A stretch of DNA of 64,000 bases, taken from Amoeboaphelidium occidentale. Lineage: Eukaryota. The position numbers and the translations under genes are program-made. Under the pieces are notes generated by a model, which saw only the letters and a list, made by a program, of their open reading frames with translations, was not told the DNA's origin and did no database searches. Below, one piece after another: positions 1 through 9,474 of this stretch. The DNA lies in the NCBI GenBank assembly GCA_023515795.1, contig JALGPX010000005.1:1-64000 (forward strand). Reading direction: 5' to 3'. How positions within the stretch are numbered: the first letter of the stretch is position 1; each line of letters begins with the position of its first letter.

Positions 1-961
1 TGTCCATTCCTTTGGGTAAAGTCAAGGGCTGTGGTCTGAAAACATACGCAATTACAAGTCAGTAAGTCTCAGGTGCCATGGTTGCTAAGTGCACCAGGTG
101 ATAAGGATAAGTTGCAGATAACACCTGTAACAATATTCTGAGTAAAAACTTGACGCCATTTTCATTTGTGGAAGTCTTAATTTCCTTTCTATAACTACGT
201 AAAGATTCCTTCAATATCACGGCTTGATCATCTTGATCACGTTAAGTTCGAACGATATCTCTAGGAATAAGTTTAACTTGGTGTTAAGCATACTCTGTGC
301 CATAGGTAATTGCCGTTTTAGTAAAAAGTAATGCTATCCGATATTGTCACATGAAGAATTATGTGGTACTTTTTTTCATTCAAACTATTCACAATATTAG
401 GAATAGAACAAAGGTTCTTTTGATATTCGTGGAATAGAATAAAAGTGCCATTCTTATATTTATTCCTTTTCTCGGAGCCTTTCGGCCAATATCTGCTTGA
501 TTTTTTAATACTGATGTTTCAGCAGATTGATCGTTCATGTAACAACAATGAAAACTTAAGAAATTGCAAGAAGACTGTTTGAAGCATTTAAACATGATGA
601 AACCGATAATTAATTGATTTTTAAGCTTGAAATTTAAAAAGTGACACGTCATCACAAAGTGGGACACACGGACATTATTTTTATTCCAGTCCCTATGCTT
701 ATCAGCATCGCCTTTCGCTAAAGCTCCAGGCTCGCAATTATTTGAGTGAATCGGATGAATAAAGTTTTAGCTTTGCTGACATGTCTAAGTACACTCTTTG
801 GCCAAGTTTCGCAGATATCATTAAAACAAATTGTTTCTAGTTTTCCGGCATTTCGTACTTGGTATTAAGCAAGAGAATCTAGTTATATCCAGTTTGATTG
901 TCTCTGTTCTTAAATTACATGGTTCAATTTTTGAGTTCTGACTGCTGTTCTCATTCCAATC

Positions 962-2731
962 ATGGATTTTAGTAGAATTACAGAATACGATCGGAAACTT
1001 GCTGCTCTTGATAATGAAATTGAGGATATCAAAAAAGGCATTAAAGAAGCTGAAGGAGAAGCAACGAAGTACCCAATGTTCAGTAAGGAGTGGAATTATT
1101 GGAATGATAAGGAGAAAAGGCTAAGCGCTGAAAGAAATAAACTTAGAGAAGAGAGGAAGCCATTAGTCGAAATCTTGCTTCTAAAAGAAAAGGAATTGGC
1201 TTTGAAAAAGGATTTGTCTGTAGTTGTCAATGGATTTCCGTTGCTTGGTCAAAGACAACTGTCAACAAGCAAGAGCGTTACAAGGACTCGATCGGTTTAT
1301 AATGTCCAAATTACGGCAACACAGGCTGAGTTCGGAATATTGGACGATTTGAAGCTAAACAAACTGAATGCCTCAACGATATCGAATCTTTGGAATACTG
1401 TCAGTCAACGTAGTGATAAAACACTGGGTCCTTGGAGTGGAGAAGATGGAATTCAAAAATTTGTCTACGATGCGCTCCGTGATTCTTTAGCAGTGGCTGG
1501 ATTAATTGATGACTTAAATGTGCACACAGAAACGACATTTTCGATATCTAGAATAATGGCTAAACACGAAGATAGAGTCGATGTTACAGCTTTGGTCAAT
1601 AATACTAAATCTATTGCCGGAGTATGCGAAGTGAAATTGCCTGGTTTCAACATGGACAAGATTGTCCAAACTGTAGATTACATGATTGACTTGAGGAATT
1701 ATTTTAACGTGCGTTTTGTGTTTGGAATCCTTTCTACTTACAACAAATGGCGCGTTCTTTGGTTCAGAGATACTGACGTTGCTGCTCAAGAAAAAGACAA
1801 ACAAAGATATGATTTGCTTTGTCATACAGGCACCGCAAATGATTATTCAATCTCCGACAAGGTTTCAGTGGTTATGACTCGAGTTTATGATCACAAAGAA
1901 CAGGCTCTTATTGAGTTATTGGCTAGCGTATTGTACAAACTTAATAAGACACCCATTTCGACCCCTGATAGGTTCGCAGAGTCCCACAAGAAATATGTAT
2001 TTGCTAGAAAAGAATCTTTTGTATACAAATCATTGCCTGATTCTTTGTTGGGTAAAGACTCTAAACCTTTTACATACAAAATGCCTGGCGCTGCATCCAG
2101 TTTCTTTATTCTTCAGTATTACCATCGTGGCGGTGATGGGAGAGTTGCTTTAGGCTGTTCATTGATGGGAAAACTTTGTGTTTTAAAGTTTTTGCTGAAG
2201 AAAGAGAATGAAAAAGAATTGTTGAAGGAGGAAGCTAAGCTGTGGGACTTGTTATGGGGTACAAAATGTCGTGTTGTTGAAATCGCTGAACGATTTGCTT
2301 TGTTAATGCCGTTTTGTTTTCATATCAGGATTCTTGGCGGTAGACCTGTGTTCTGCGGTATGTCAGCATGGAACAAGCGTCTTTGGTCTGGTCCGACGCC
2401 GGTATTGAAAGACAGCGAAGTTTCTGACTTTGATTTGGTAAACATGGAGCAGTTTAACAGATATCAACAATCTCCCGAGCAAGCAGCGGAAGAGGCACTG
2501 AAAACAATGATTAGCCATGGAAAAATGCATTCTGACTTGAAGTGGGAGCATGTGGCTTTGTGTCCAAAGTATTGTAAAGAGACTAATCAGTATGATCTTC
2601 ATCCTGTACTATTGGATTTGACCAGAATTAAACCTTTTGAGCCAATTAAAGAAGCAGATACAAGCAGGGTGATACAGGACAAAATTACTGAGTTGGAAAA
2701 TAAGCTGGAGGAGTATAATAAACTCTTTTGA
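962..2731 (+). CDS. Crinkler (CRN)-like protein: helical header + PD-(D/E)xK REase-like domain + protein kinase-like domain
   Basis: Intronless 589-aa ORF with an N-terminal coiled coil. REase-like DVTALV...GVCEVK...QTVDYM...FGILSTYNKWRVLW is followed by kinase-like RGGDGRV, VLKF, HSDLKWEHV and LLDL. Confidence 0.7.
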   Translation: MDFSRITEYDRKLAALDNEIEDIKKGIKEAEGEATKYPMFSKEWNYWNDKEKRLSAERNKLREERKPLVEILLLKEKELALKKDLSVVVNGFPLLGQRQLSTSKSVTRTRSVYNVQITATQAEFGILDDLKLNKLNASTISNLWNTVSQRSDKTLGPWSGEDGIQKFVYDALRDSLAVAGLIDDLNVHTETTFSISRIMAKHEDRVDVTALVNNTKSIAGVCEVKLPGFNMDKIVQTVDYMIDLRNYFNVRFVFGILSTYNKWRVLWFRDTDVAAQEKDKQRYDLLCHTGTANDYSISDKVSVVMTRVYDHKEQALIELLASVLYKLNKTPISTPDRFAESHKKYVFARKESFVYKSLPDSLLGKDSKPFTYKMPGAASSFFILQYYHRGGDGRVALGCSLMGKLCVLKFLLKKENEKELLKEEAKLWDLLWGTKCRVVEIAERFALLMPFCFHIRILGGRPVFCGMSAWNKRLWSGPTPVLKDSEVSDFDLVNMEQFNRYQQSPEQAAEEALKTMISHGKMHSDLKWEHVALCPKYCKETNQYDLHPVLLDLTRIKPFEPIKEADTSRVIQDKITELENKLEEYNKLF

Positions 2732-2792
2732 GTTCTTTGTTTTACTGTCTAACGGATAATATTTAGACAACCTTCATTTTCATAATTGAAAC

Positions 2793-5624
2793 ATGCGCAA
2801 CGCTGGGATCTTCTCACATACACCCGACTCTAAGACGATTTTTAAAAATGATGACACTTCTGAGTCTCTGTCAAAAAGCTGCATGGAAATATTTGAAGCA
2901 GCTGGTATCCCATCAGAAGAAACGCAGAAAGGACTGTCTGTACTGCAAAAACTGTCCATAGAGTGCGAGGGAGCATTGCAAAGCGCGTTAAGAGACTACA
3001 AGAGATTATGGATGAAAAAGCAGTGCCATTAACTGCATTCAGCGCAGCCGGGAAGCAATGGGAGTTTCTCGTCATGCCAATGGGTATGTGTAACTCTCCA
3101 TCCACCTTCCAGAGATTTACAAAATCTATATTTGGGCAAGAGTTCGATCAATTCTTATTGATTTACTTCGGCGATTTTCTTGTGTTTAGTGAAACGCAGG
3201 AACAACACCTACATCACCTTGATAAAGTCCTGTCAAAGTTGAAACAATGCGGGTTCCTTCTGAAAGCTTCCAAATGTTCATTTGGATTAAAAGAAATCAT
3301 CTTTGTTGGGCACAAGATCAGTGCCGGTAAGCGATCTATTGACCCCGAGAAGATTCGATCAGTCCAAGATTTCCCTACTCCTCAAAATGCATCAGAAATC
3401 AGACAGTTTCACGGTTTGCTTCGTTGGGTGTCTGACCATCTTCCTAACTTGGCGTCGGACATTGAGCCGCTTCTTCGTTTGATACGAAAGAATACTCATT
3501 TCAGATGGACAAATACCGAACAAGCATCGTTTGAAAAGCTCAAATCCACTGTTGCTCGAAATATTGAGCTAACGCTTCCCGATCTGAATCTTGATTACAT
3601 TCTCCAAACGGATGCTTCTGACTTTGGTGTTGGGGCTGTGTTGAAACAAAAGCAAGGGGAGGCTGAAGTGATAGTTGCTTTTGCTTCACGCTCACTAAAC
3701 ACGGCCGAAAGAAACTATGCGGTTCACGACAAGGAAATGCTTGCCATTTTCTGGGCTCTTAAACACTATAGGGCGTATCTCGAGGGACGAAAGACAACGG
3801 TGCAGACGGATCATTCGTCTCTACAATACATGTCAACGCAACCCAACCTTTCTAGAAGACAAACTCGATGGATGGAGTTTCTAGGACAGTTTGATATCGA
3901 TATCGAATACATTCGCGGAACAACTAACTCCTTAGCGGATCTGATGAGCAGAAATCCGGACTTGAAGGCAGTCACAGTCATGGGTCCTGAAGGACCAGAT
4001 CCGTGTTTGAGAGAAGCCGAAGAGTTCTTGGAAGAAGATTGGCCTCTTCTTGTTCTTAAAGCTATCACAGAAGGGGTTGAAACAGTTCCCGAAAAGATGA
4101 AGAATTTCATTAAGAATGAAATGAGCAATTTCGAGTTGAGTCAAGAGTCCCACATTCTTTTTCGATTGACAGCTGAAGGCAAACGAGCGTTCATTCCTTT
4201 TACCATGCGGGCAAATCTTGTGGAGAAAGTCCACATAGGCAGCGGTCATTCAGGAGCCAATGAAGTCATAAGAAGAGTTGGAGAGAAAGCATGGTGGCCA
4301 TATTTCAAAAGAGACATAAAGTTGTGGCTGCAGACATGCGAACAATGTCAAGTCTTTGGAAATAGGTCGAACATCCCAAGGGTTCAACAGTTTGGAAATC
4401 AAGAGTTTGACAAACCATTATTTCGTTGGAATCTGGACTTCGTAGGGCGCATAAAGGAATCTGAAGATGGAAATAAGTGGATCATTACAGCCATTGACTC
4501 TTGTACTAGGTGGCCAATCGCCAAAGCCGTGAAGAACGCTACAGTGAAGGACGTAGCTGAGTTTCTCTACTATGAAATCGTCGTCAACTTTGGTTGTCCT
4601 GCCGAAATTCTCACCGATAGAGGATCCAACTTTATGGCATCAGTTACTGAACGGTACCTTGAGTTGCTGAGGGTAAAACACAAATGTACCTCTGCCTACC
4701 ACCCTCGCACGAACGGTAAAGTCGAGAACTTCAACGGTCTACTTACTAGAATTATAGCCAAATGCTGTGGCGCGGCTACTCACAAATGGGATAAGTTCTT
4801 ACCAGAAGCGTTGTTTCATTGTCGAACTCGTCTTCATCAAACGACAGGATTCTCCCCGTTCAAACTACTTTATGGAGTTGATGCTAGAATCCCAGGAGAC
4901 TCTTCCCCACCGTTTTGTCTTTCTGAGCAGAATCCGAAAGACTTAGCAGAAATAAGAGCGAAAGTTTTAGAAGACTTGAAGCTCTGGAGAGAGGCGGCGT
5001 ATGAGAGGACTAGACAAGATGCAACACAAAAAAAGTTATACTATGATAAGCTGGTTAAAGAAGATCCTCTGAAGAAAGATGAATGGGTCCTTCTATCCCG
5101 CCCTGCGAAGATCAAAGAGAAGTTCAAGCCTAATTGGATCGGACCGTACAAAATTGTTGAAGCGAAACCAAGTGGAGTCTACAAGTTAAGTGATCCCAAA
5201 GGAAACATAAAGCAAGACTTAGTTCATAGAGATCGTCTTAAGAGATGCCGAGTATCTGAAACTCCTACAGATTTTTGGAAAGATGCTAAACTTGAAGAGT
5301 ACGAAGACTTTACAGGGAGGGATCTTGAAGATGGGGAGGAAGTGAAAGATGTATCTTCAAGATAACAGGACCTCCAAAACTAGTAGATCATTATGAAGAA
5401 TCCGGACGATCGCCAAGGAGTTACATCACGTGGATCGTCACATGGAGTGTCACATGGAGAATAGATCATTGGATAGAGCGGAGATTCAATCTTATAGATG
5501 TCACATCGTGATACCGCCGGAGGAATATAAAAGGCGGCCGATCTTCGCACTATTTCTGACAGAGCCGGTTAGATCTACACGTCTAGTCAATATAGTTCTA
5601 TTATAATCACCCGAAGAATTTTCA
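2793..5624 (+). mobile_element. 5'-truncated, defective Ty3/Gypsy LTR retrotransposon (family A): partial RT, RNase H, integrase, PPT, 3' LTR
   Basis: ORF 2963-5365 has RT motifs TAF, MPMGMCNSPSTFQR and YFGD (for YxDD), RNase H LQTDASDFGVGAVL and TDHSSL, HHCC, integrase DFVG, TDRGSNF and TNGKVENFN, and GPY. No gag, protease or 5' LTR is seen. Confidence 0.95.
5343..5624 (+). repeat. LTR of family A (about 282 bp, TG...CA)
   Basis: Begins TGAAAG directly after the purine tract GGGGAGGAAG and ends TTTTCA. Its 3' part recurs at 6435-6593. Confidence 0.8.
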
Positions 5625-5628
5625 ACTG

Positions 5629-5989
5629 TGTTATAGTACAGAACAGATTTCAACGAAGGATTCAAGGAAGTGTGTTAATTAAGATGTTTTATTAACACGT
5701 TAAAGAAATCAATTGAGCATCATTGTTTGTTGTTGTTTCCATATCAATGAGATATCCCAAAACGGAAGGAGACCGCACGTGATAGTCCAATAGAGGTGTT
5801 GAATTATAACACTATCCCCCCTCTGAAGACGCCTCGTCGTCTTCACCCAAAACGTCCTCAGATCTCAAAGTTCCATCATGAAAAAAGGAACGATTCTTCT
5901 CGACAGGTTCCAAACATGGTGCTAAATCACTTTGGTTAACAGTGCTATCAAACCGCTGTCCAGCAGGCGTCATCAACCAATATGTTCCA
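5629..5989 (-). mobile_element. 3' end of a second Ty3/Gypsy family (B): integrase tail, PPT, 183-bp LTR
   Basis: Minus-strand GTYWLMTPAGQRFDSTVNQSDLAP (integrase C-terminal region), then PPT GAGGGGGGATAG, then LTR 5811->5629 with TGTTATA...TATAACA inverted termini. Cut by N at 5990. Confidence 0.85.
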
Positions 5990-6172
5990 NAAACCATAAT
6001 TCGTTATTCCTAGTCACTCCAGAAGTGATCATAAACACGGGGTACGCAGCTGTAGCCGACGCGATTTAGTAAATGAATAAATTTAATGCGAAAAATGTAA
6101 TATTTCTCAGTAAAGGTCATTAGTGTTAAAAAGAATCTCGCTGCCAGATCTCAAACAAAAAAATACAAAAAG

Positions 6173-6245
6173 TAGTCGAGGCAGGCTTCGATCCTGCAAC
6201 TTCAGGGTTATGAGCCCTGCGCGCTGCCTATTGCGCCACCCGACT
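6173..6245 (-). tRNA. initiator tRNA-Met (CAT)
   Basis: AGTCGGG-TG-GCGC-AATAGGCA-GCGC-G-CAGGG-CTCATAA-CCCTG-AAGTT-GCAGG-ATCGAAG-CCTGC-CTCGACT-A. It has A1:U72, three G:C pairs in the anticodon stem and A54, and is followed by oligo-T on the minus strand. Confidence 0.95.
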
Positions 6246-6256
6246 GAATACTTTAG

Positions 6257-6433
6257 TGTTATAGTACAGAACAGATTTCAACGAAGGATTCAAGGAAGTG
6301 TGTTAATTAAGATGTTTTATTAACACGTTAAAGAAATCAATTGAGCATCATTGTTTGTTGTTGTTTCCATATCGATGAGATATCCCAAAACGGAAGGAGA
6401 CCGCACGTGATAGTCCAATAGAGGTGTTGAATT
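6257..6433 (-). repeat. LTR family B, copy adjacent to the tRNA gene
   Basis: Near-identical to 5629-5811, cut by N at 6434, preceded by TTAG. Confidence 0.9.
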
Positions 6434-6597
6434 NTCATTGGATAGAGCGGAGATTCAATCTTATAGATGTCACATCGTGATACCGCCGGAGGAATATAAA
6501 AGGCGGCCGATCTTCGCACTATTTCTGACAGAGCCGGTTAGATCTACACGTCTAGTCAATATAGTTCTATTATAATCACCCGAAGAATTTTCAACTG

Positions 6598-6780
6598 TGT
6601 TATAGTACAGAACAGATTTCAACGAAGGATTCAAGGAAGTGTGTTAATTAAGATGTTTTATTAACACGTTAAAGAAATCAATTGAGCATCATTGTTTGTT
6701 GTTGTTTCCATATCGATGAGATATCCCAAAACGGAAGGAGACCGCACGTGATAGTCCAATAGAGGTGTTGAATTATAACA
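6598..6780 (-). repeat. LTR family B, complete 183-bp copy
   Basis: TGTTATA...TATAACA, followed by TTAG (6781-6784). Confidence 0.9.
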
Positions 6781-7158
6781 TTAGAATTGATTTTAGATGG
6801 GTTTATAAACACTACGGAAATTCTGCTTGTGCATAAATAATTACCTGAGCGTTTAAACAAGAATATAGAAAGATCTCTTGGCTGTTTTGAGCATATACGA
6901 CATGTTGCCATTATTTGGCTATCCGTGTCTTTAAATTTTGAATGCTACTATAAATAGGCTATTAATCCTGTGCATTTTTACCATGCTAATTTGCATCCTT
7001 TCCAACAAGCAGCTAACGTGTATATATAGCCTTAAATTCCTCTGCTCTCTTAAAGCGTTTTCGCTTCAAAGTTCTTCTCGTAATGCATACTCTGCTTTCA
7101 ATCATCCAATAAAACCGGACTGTCGAGCGGCCCAACAAAAAATTCACATTTGTTCACC

Positions 7159-7295
7159 ACTTACCTTCTGGGGTAGCAGGCTCAAGAATCCTGCTGCTGT
7201 CTGGACTTATTTCGTATTGCACTCGGCGATTTAGGTCCGGATAGGAAAGTCTTTTGGCTTAGCCCCTGGACAATTTTTGCTTGGGCCACGCCCTA
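7159..7295 (+). ncRNA. U1: U1 spliceosomal snRNA
   Basis: 5' ACTTACCT; SL-I GTAGCAGG-CTCAAGAAT-CCTGCTGC; SL-II 12-bp stem TGTCTGGACTTA/TAGGTCCGGATA with U1A site ATTGCAC in the loop; SL-III AAGTC/GGCTT; Sm site AATTTTTG (7272-7279); short SL-IV GGGC-CAC-GCCC. Exact ends are approximate. Confidence 0.9.
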
Positions 7296-7449
7296 CCTAT
7301 ATCTGTCTTTATGTCTGTAAACATCTGAACTGTAGTAAATGTGAACGCCTTTATCGCGCAGAGCTCCAGCTCAAGTGCCCACATTCTGCGAGCTGGAGTG
7401 CGAATGCACTTTCTTAAAGGGGGTATATCTGGCTCCATCAGAATCCTGC

Positions 7450-8219
7450 AAGTTGTGTTCATTCTGCTTACATGAGTTGAAACCGACTAAGTTTTGGGCG
7501 GTTAAAGTCTGTAATTTAGATTGCTTAACTGTTTGGAACAGGGACATTAACNTTGGGCCACGCCCTACCTATATCTGTCTTTATGTCTGTAAACATCTGA
7601 ATTGTAGTTAATGTGAACGCCTTTATCGCGCAGAGCTCCAGCTCAAGCGCCCACATGCTGCGAGCTGGAGTGCGAATGCGCTTTCTTAAAGGGGGTATAT
7701 CTGGCTCCATCAGAATCCTGCAAGTTGTGTTCATTCTGCTTACATGAGTTAAAACCGACTAAGTTTTGGGCGGTTAAAGTCTGCAATTTAGATTGCTTAA
7801 CTGTTTGGAACAGGGACATCAACGCTGCACGAAATATCAGACACGTTTTCTTGGATTTGAATGCAAATGAAGGTAAAAGACCGCTTGCGTTCTCCAGGAA
7901 GAATCGTGCATGATGTTTCGTCAGCTAACTGCAAAATTTAATTGTTGGTTAAAGACAGGTGATTATGCCTGCATATTTACTTGTACAGTCTCCACCAGCG
8001 TAGCCGAGAAATCGTGCGATTCGTGTAACGCTCTTCTCAGTAAGATTTGGTTTTATTTGAACTAATCCTGTAGCGAAGGGCCAGTTATTNAATTTAGATT
8101 GCTTAACTGTTTGGAACAGGGACATCAACGCTGCACGAAATATCAGGCACGTTTTCTTGGATTTGAATGCAAACAAAGGTACAAGATCACTCGCGTTCTC
8201 CAGGAAGAATCGTGCATGA
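7450..8219 (+). pseudogene. Fanzor/TnpB-family nuclease C-terminal remnant (three overlapping copies: 7450-7551, 7722-7913, 8091-8219)
   Basis: KLCSFC...WAVKVCNLDCLTVWNRDINAARNI...KRPLAFSR* corresponds to the CxxC/CxxxC Zn finger, RuvC-III and the RPxxFxR tail. No RuvC-I or RuvC-II is found upstream. Confidence 0.85.
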
Positions 8220-8398
8220 TGTTTCGTCAGCTAACTGCAAAATTTAATTGGTGGTTAAAGACAGGTGAGTATGCTTGCATATTTACTTGTACGGTCTCCA
8301 CCAGCGTAGCCGAGAAATCGTGCGATTCGTGTAACGCTCTTCTCAGTAAGATTTGGTTTTATTTGAACTAATCCTGTAGCGAAGGGCCAGTTATTCAA
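8220..8398 (+). ncRNA. putative Fanzor omega-RNA scaffold (second copy 7914-8089)
   Basis: Lies immediately 3' of the Fanzor stop and carries consecutive hairpins: ACAGGTGAGTATGC/GCATATTTACTTGT, AGCGT/ACGCT enclosing AATCG/CGATT, and GATTTGGTTT/GAACTAATC. The 3' boundary is uncertain (8390-8398). Confidence 0.55.
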
Positions 8399-9391
8399 GA
8401 TCTTCGTAATCTCCCTCATCGAACTTTGGCTCTTTAGGCTCCTCGTCCTCGCCGTATTGAATCGAATTATCGACGCACGAAATTGTGTATTCGACAGAAT
8501 CCTGGTCATAAATGTTTAACGGAATGAATGAGACCATGTCAAACTCTTCCAATAAATGTACCATAGCCTCATTAAGTCTTCGCCACTTCTCTGCTTTCCT
8601 TGCTCCAACAGAGTTTCTATCGCCTGTAGGTGTTCTGTGATCAGCCAATGCGTTCTCAAGTAAAACACGCGGAGCAGGATGAATGTAATAATCCAGACCA
8701 GACTCCTGTCTTTTCTTCTCAAGCATTTCCTCTTCTTCTTCATCAAAGGTCAATGGAATTTTATCATCATCTTTTGGTCTTTCCTTAAGATCACCTGGCC
8801 TTCCTTCGATCATATCCATCTTTGACAAAACATTAATGTGTGGAACTTCTAACTGCACCATTGCAGATATCGCTGTTAAAACACCAGAAAAGAACTTTGA
8901 ATAATCTGACATGAACTGACTCTCTAGCAGATACACGCAACAGACTCTCAAACTCAACCTCGACTGTAACACATTTATGAGTCTCTTCATAATATCAGAA
9001 TGAGTAAACAGCTCAATTTGACCAGGGCAGTCGATAATGATATACTCATCATGCGAAACAGTGTCAGGGGAAATCTCATCTTCAAGCCATTCGATATTCT
9101 CCAAAAGGTACTCCATGCAAAACATCAGACCGCCATTAGGGCCCAGCTCTACTTCTTCCATCGCCTCATCCAAAGAAATCAAGTCGCGTATATTAACAGT
9201 TGGCTCATAGTAAAGTTGCTCAGCAGCTGGATCGAGATTGACCATTATATGCGATCGTTTAATGGTTTCCAAGTGCTTCTGCATAGTAAAGCAGTACGTA
9301 GACTAAAATATCAGTTTTCAGGACAATGCGAGGCGTCATTTACCTTTCCGGCTCCTGCTGGTCCAACGACTAATTGACAGTAACGGCCCAT
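8391..9391 (-). CDS. GPN3: GPN-loop GTPase 3
   Basis: MGRYCQLVVGPAGAGK | 41-nt intron 9303-9343 | STYC...NLDPA...LGPNGGL...DCPGQIELFTH...QYGED. Confidence 0.95.
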
Positions 9392-9474
9392 TTGCTATTT
9401 GATTCAATCTCAGAAAATCTTGGAAAATGTTCAGGGGCAGGTTTCAACAGAAAATCAGACAGTTTATTTAAAGC

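Noticed and set aside
1..960. Protein-coding genes, including ORF 389-667
   Set aside because: Short AT-rich frames with no recognisable motifs.
6257..6780. Intact mini LTR element (TRIM) with an internal region
   Set aside because: The interior is an N join plus an LTR-A fragment duplicated from about 5466-5624, so it is likely a collapsed or chimeric assembly.
6965..6996. U6/U4-like fragment (CCATGCTAAT) and octamer ATTTGCAT upstream of U1
   Set aside because: There is no ACAGAGA box or U4 5' stem-loop. The octamer is a short match, and POU factors are not expected in this lineage.
7243..7255. RNase P/MRP CR-I-like GGAAAGTC
   Set aside because: It is explained as U1 stem-loop III, and no matching CR-V or GARAR loop was found.
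7424..7440. Terminal inverted repeat pairing with the Fanzor 3' end (ATATCTGGCTCC vs ATAACTGGCCCT)
   Set aside because: Only 9 of 12 positions match, which is too weak to call without other copies.
7340..7450. HDV-like or hammerhead ribozyme
   Set aside because: GCGAA follows a stem, but P1.1 GG, the L3 consensus and P2 pairing could not be built. CTGATGGA does not match CUGANGA.
7281..8390. True tandem array of three Fanzor elements or a CRISPR-like array
   Set aside because: The copies are staggered overlaps broken exactly at single Ns (7552, 8090), and one includes the U1 3' end. Allelic contig overlap is the simpler explanation, and there is no repeat-spacer pattern.
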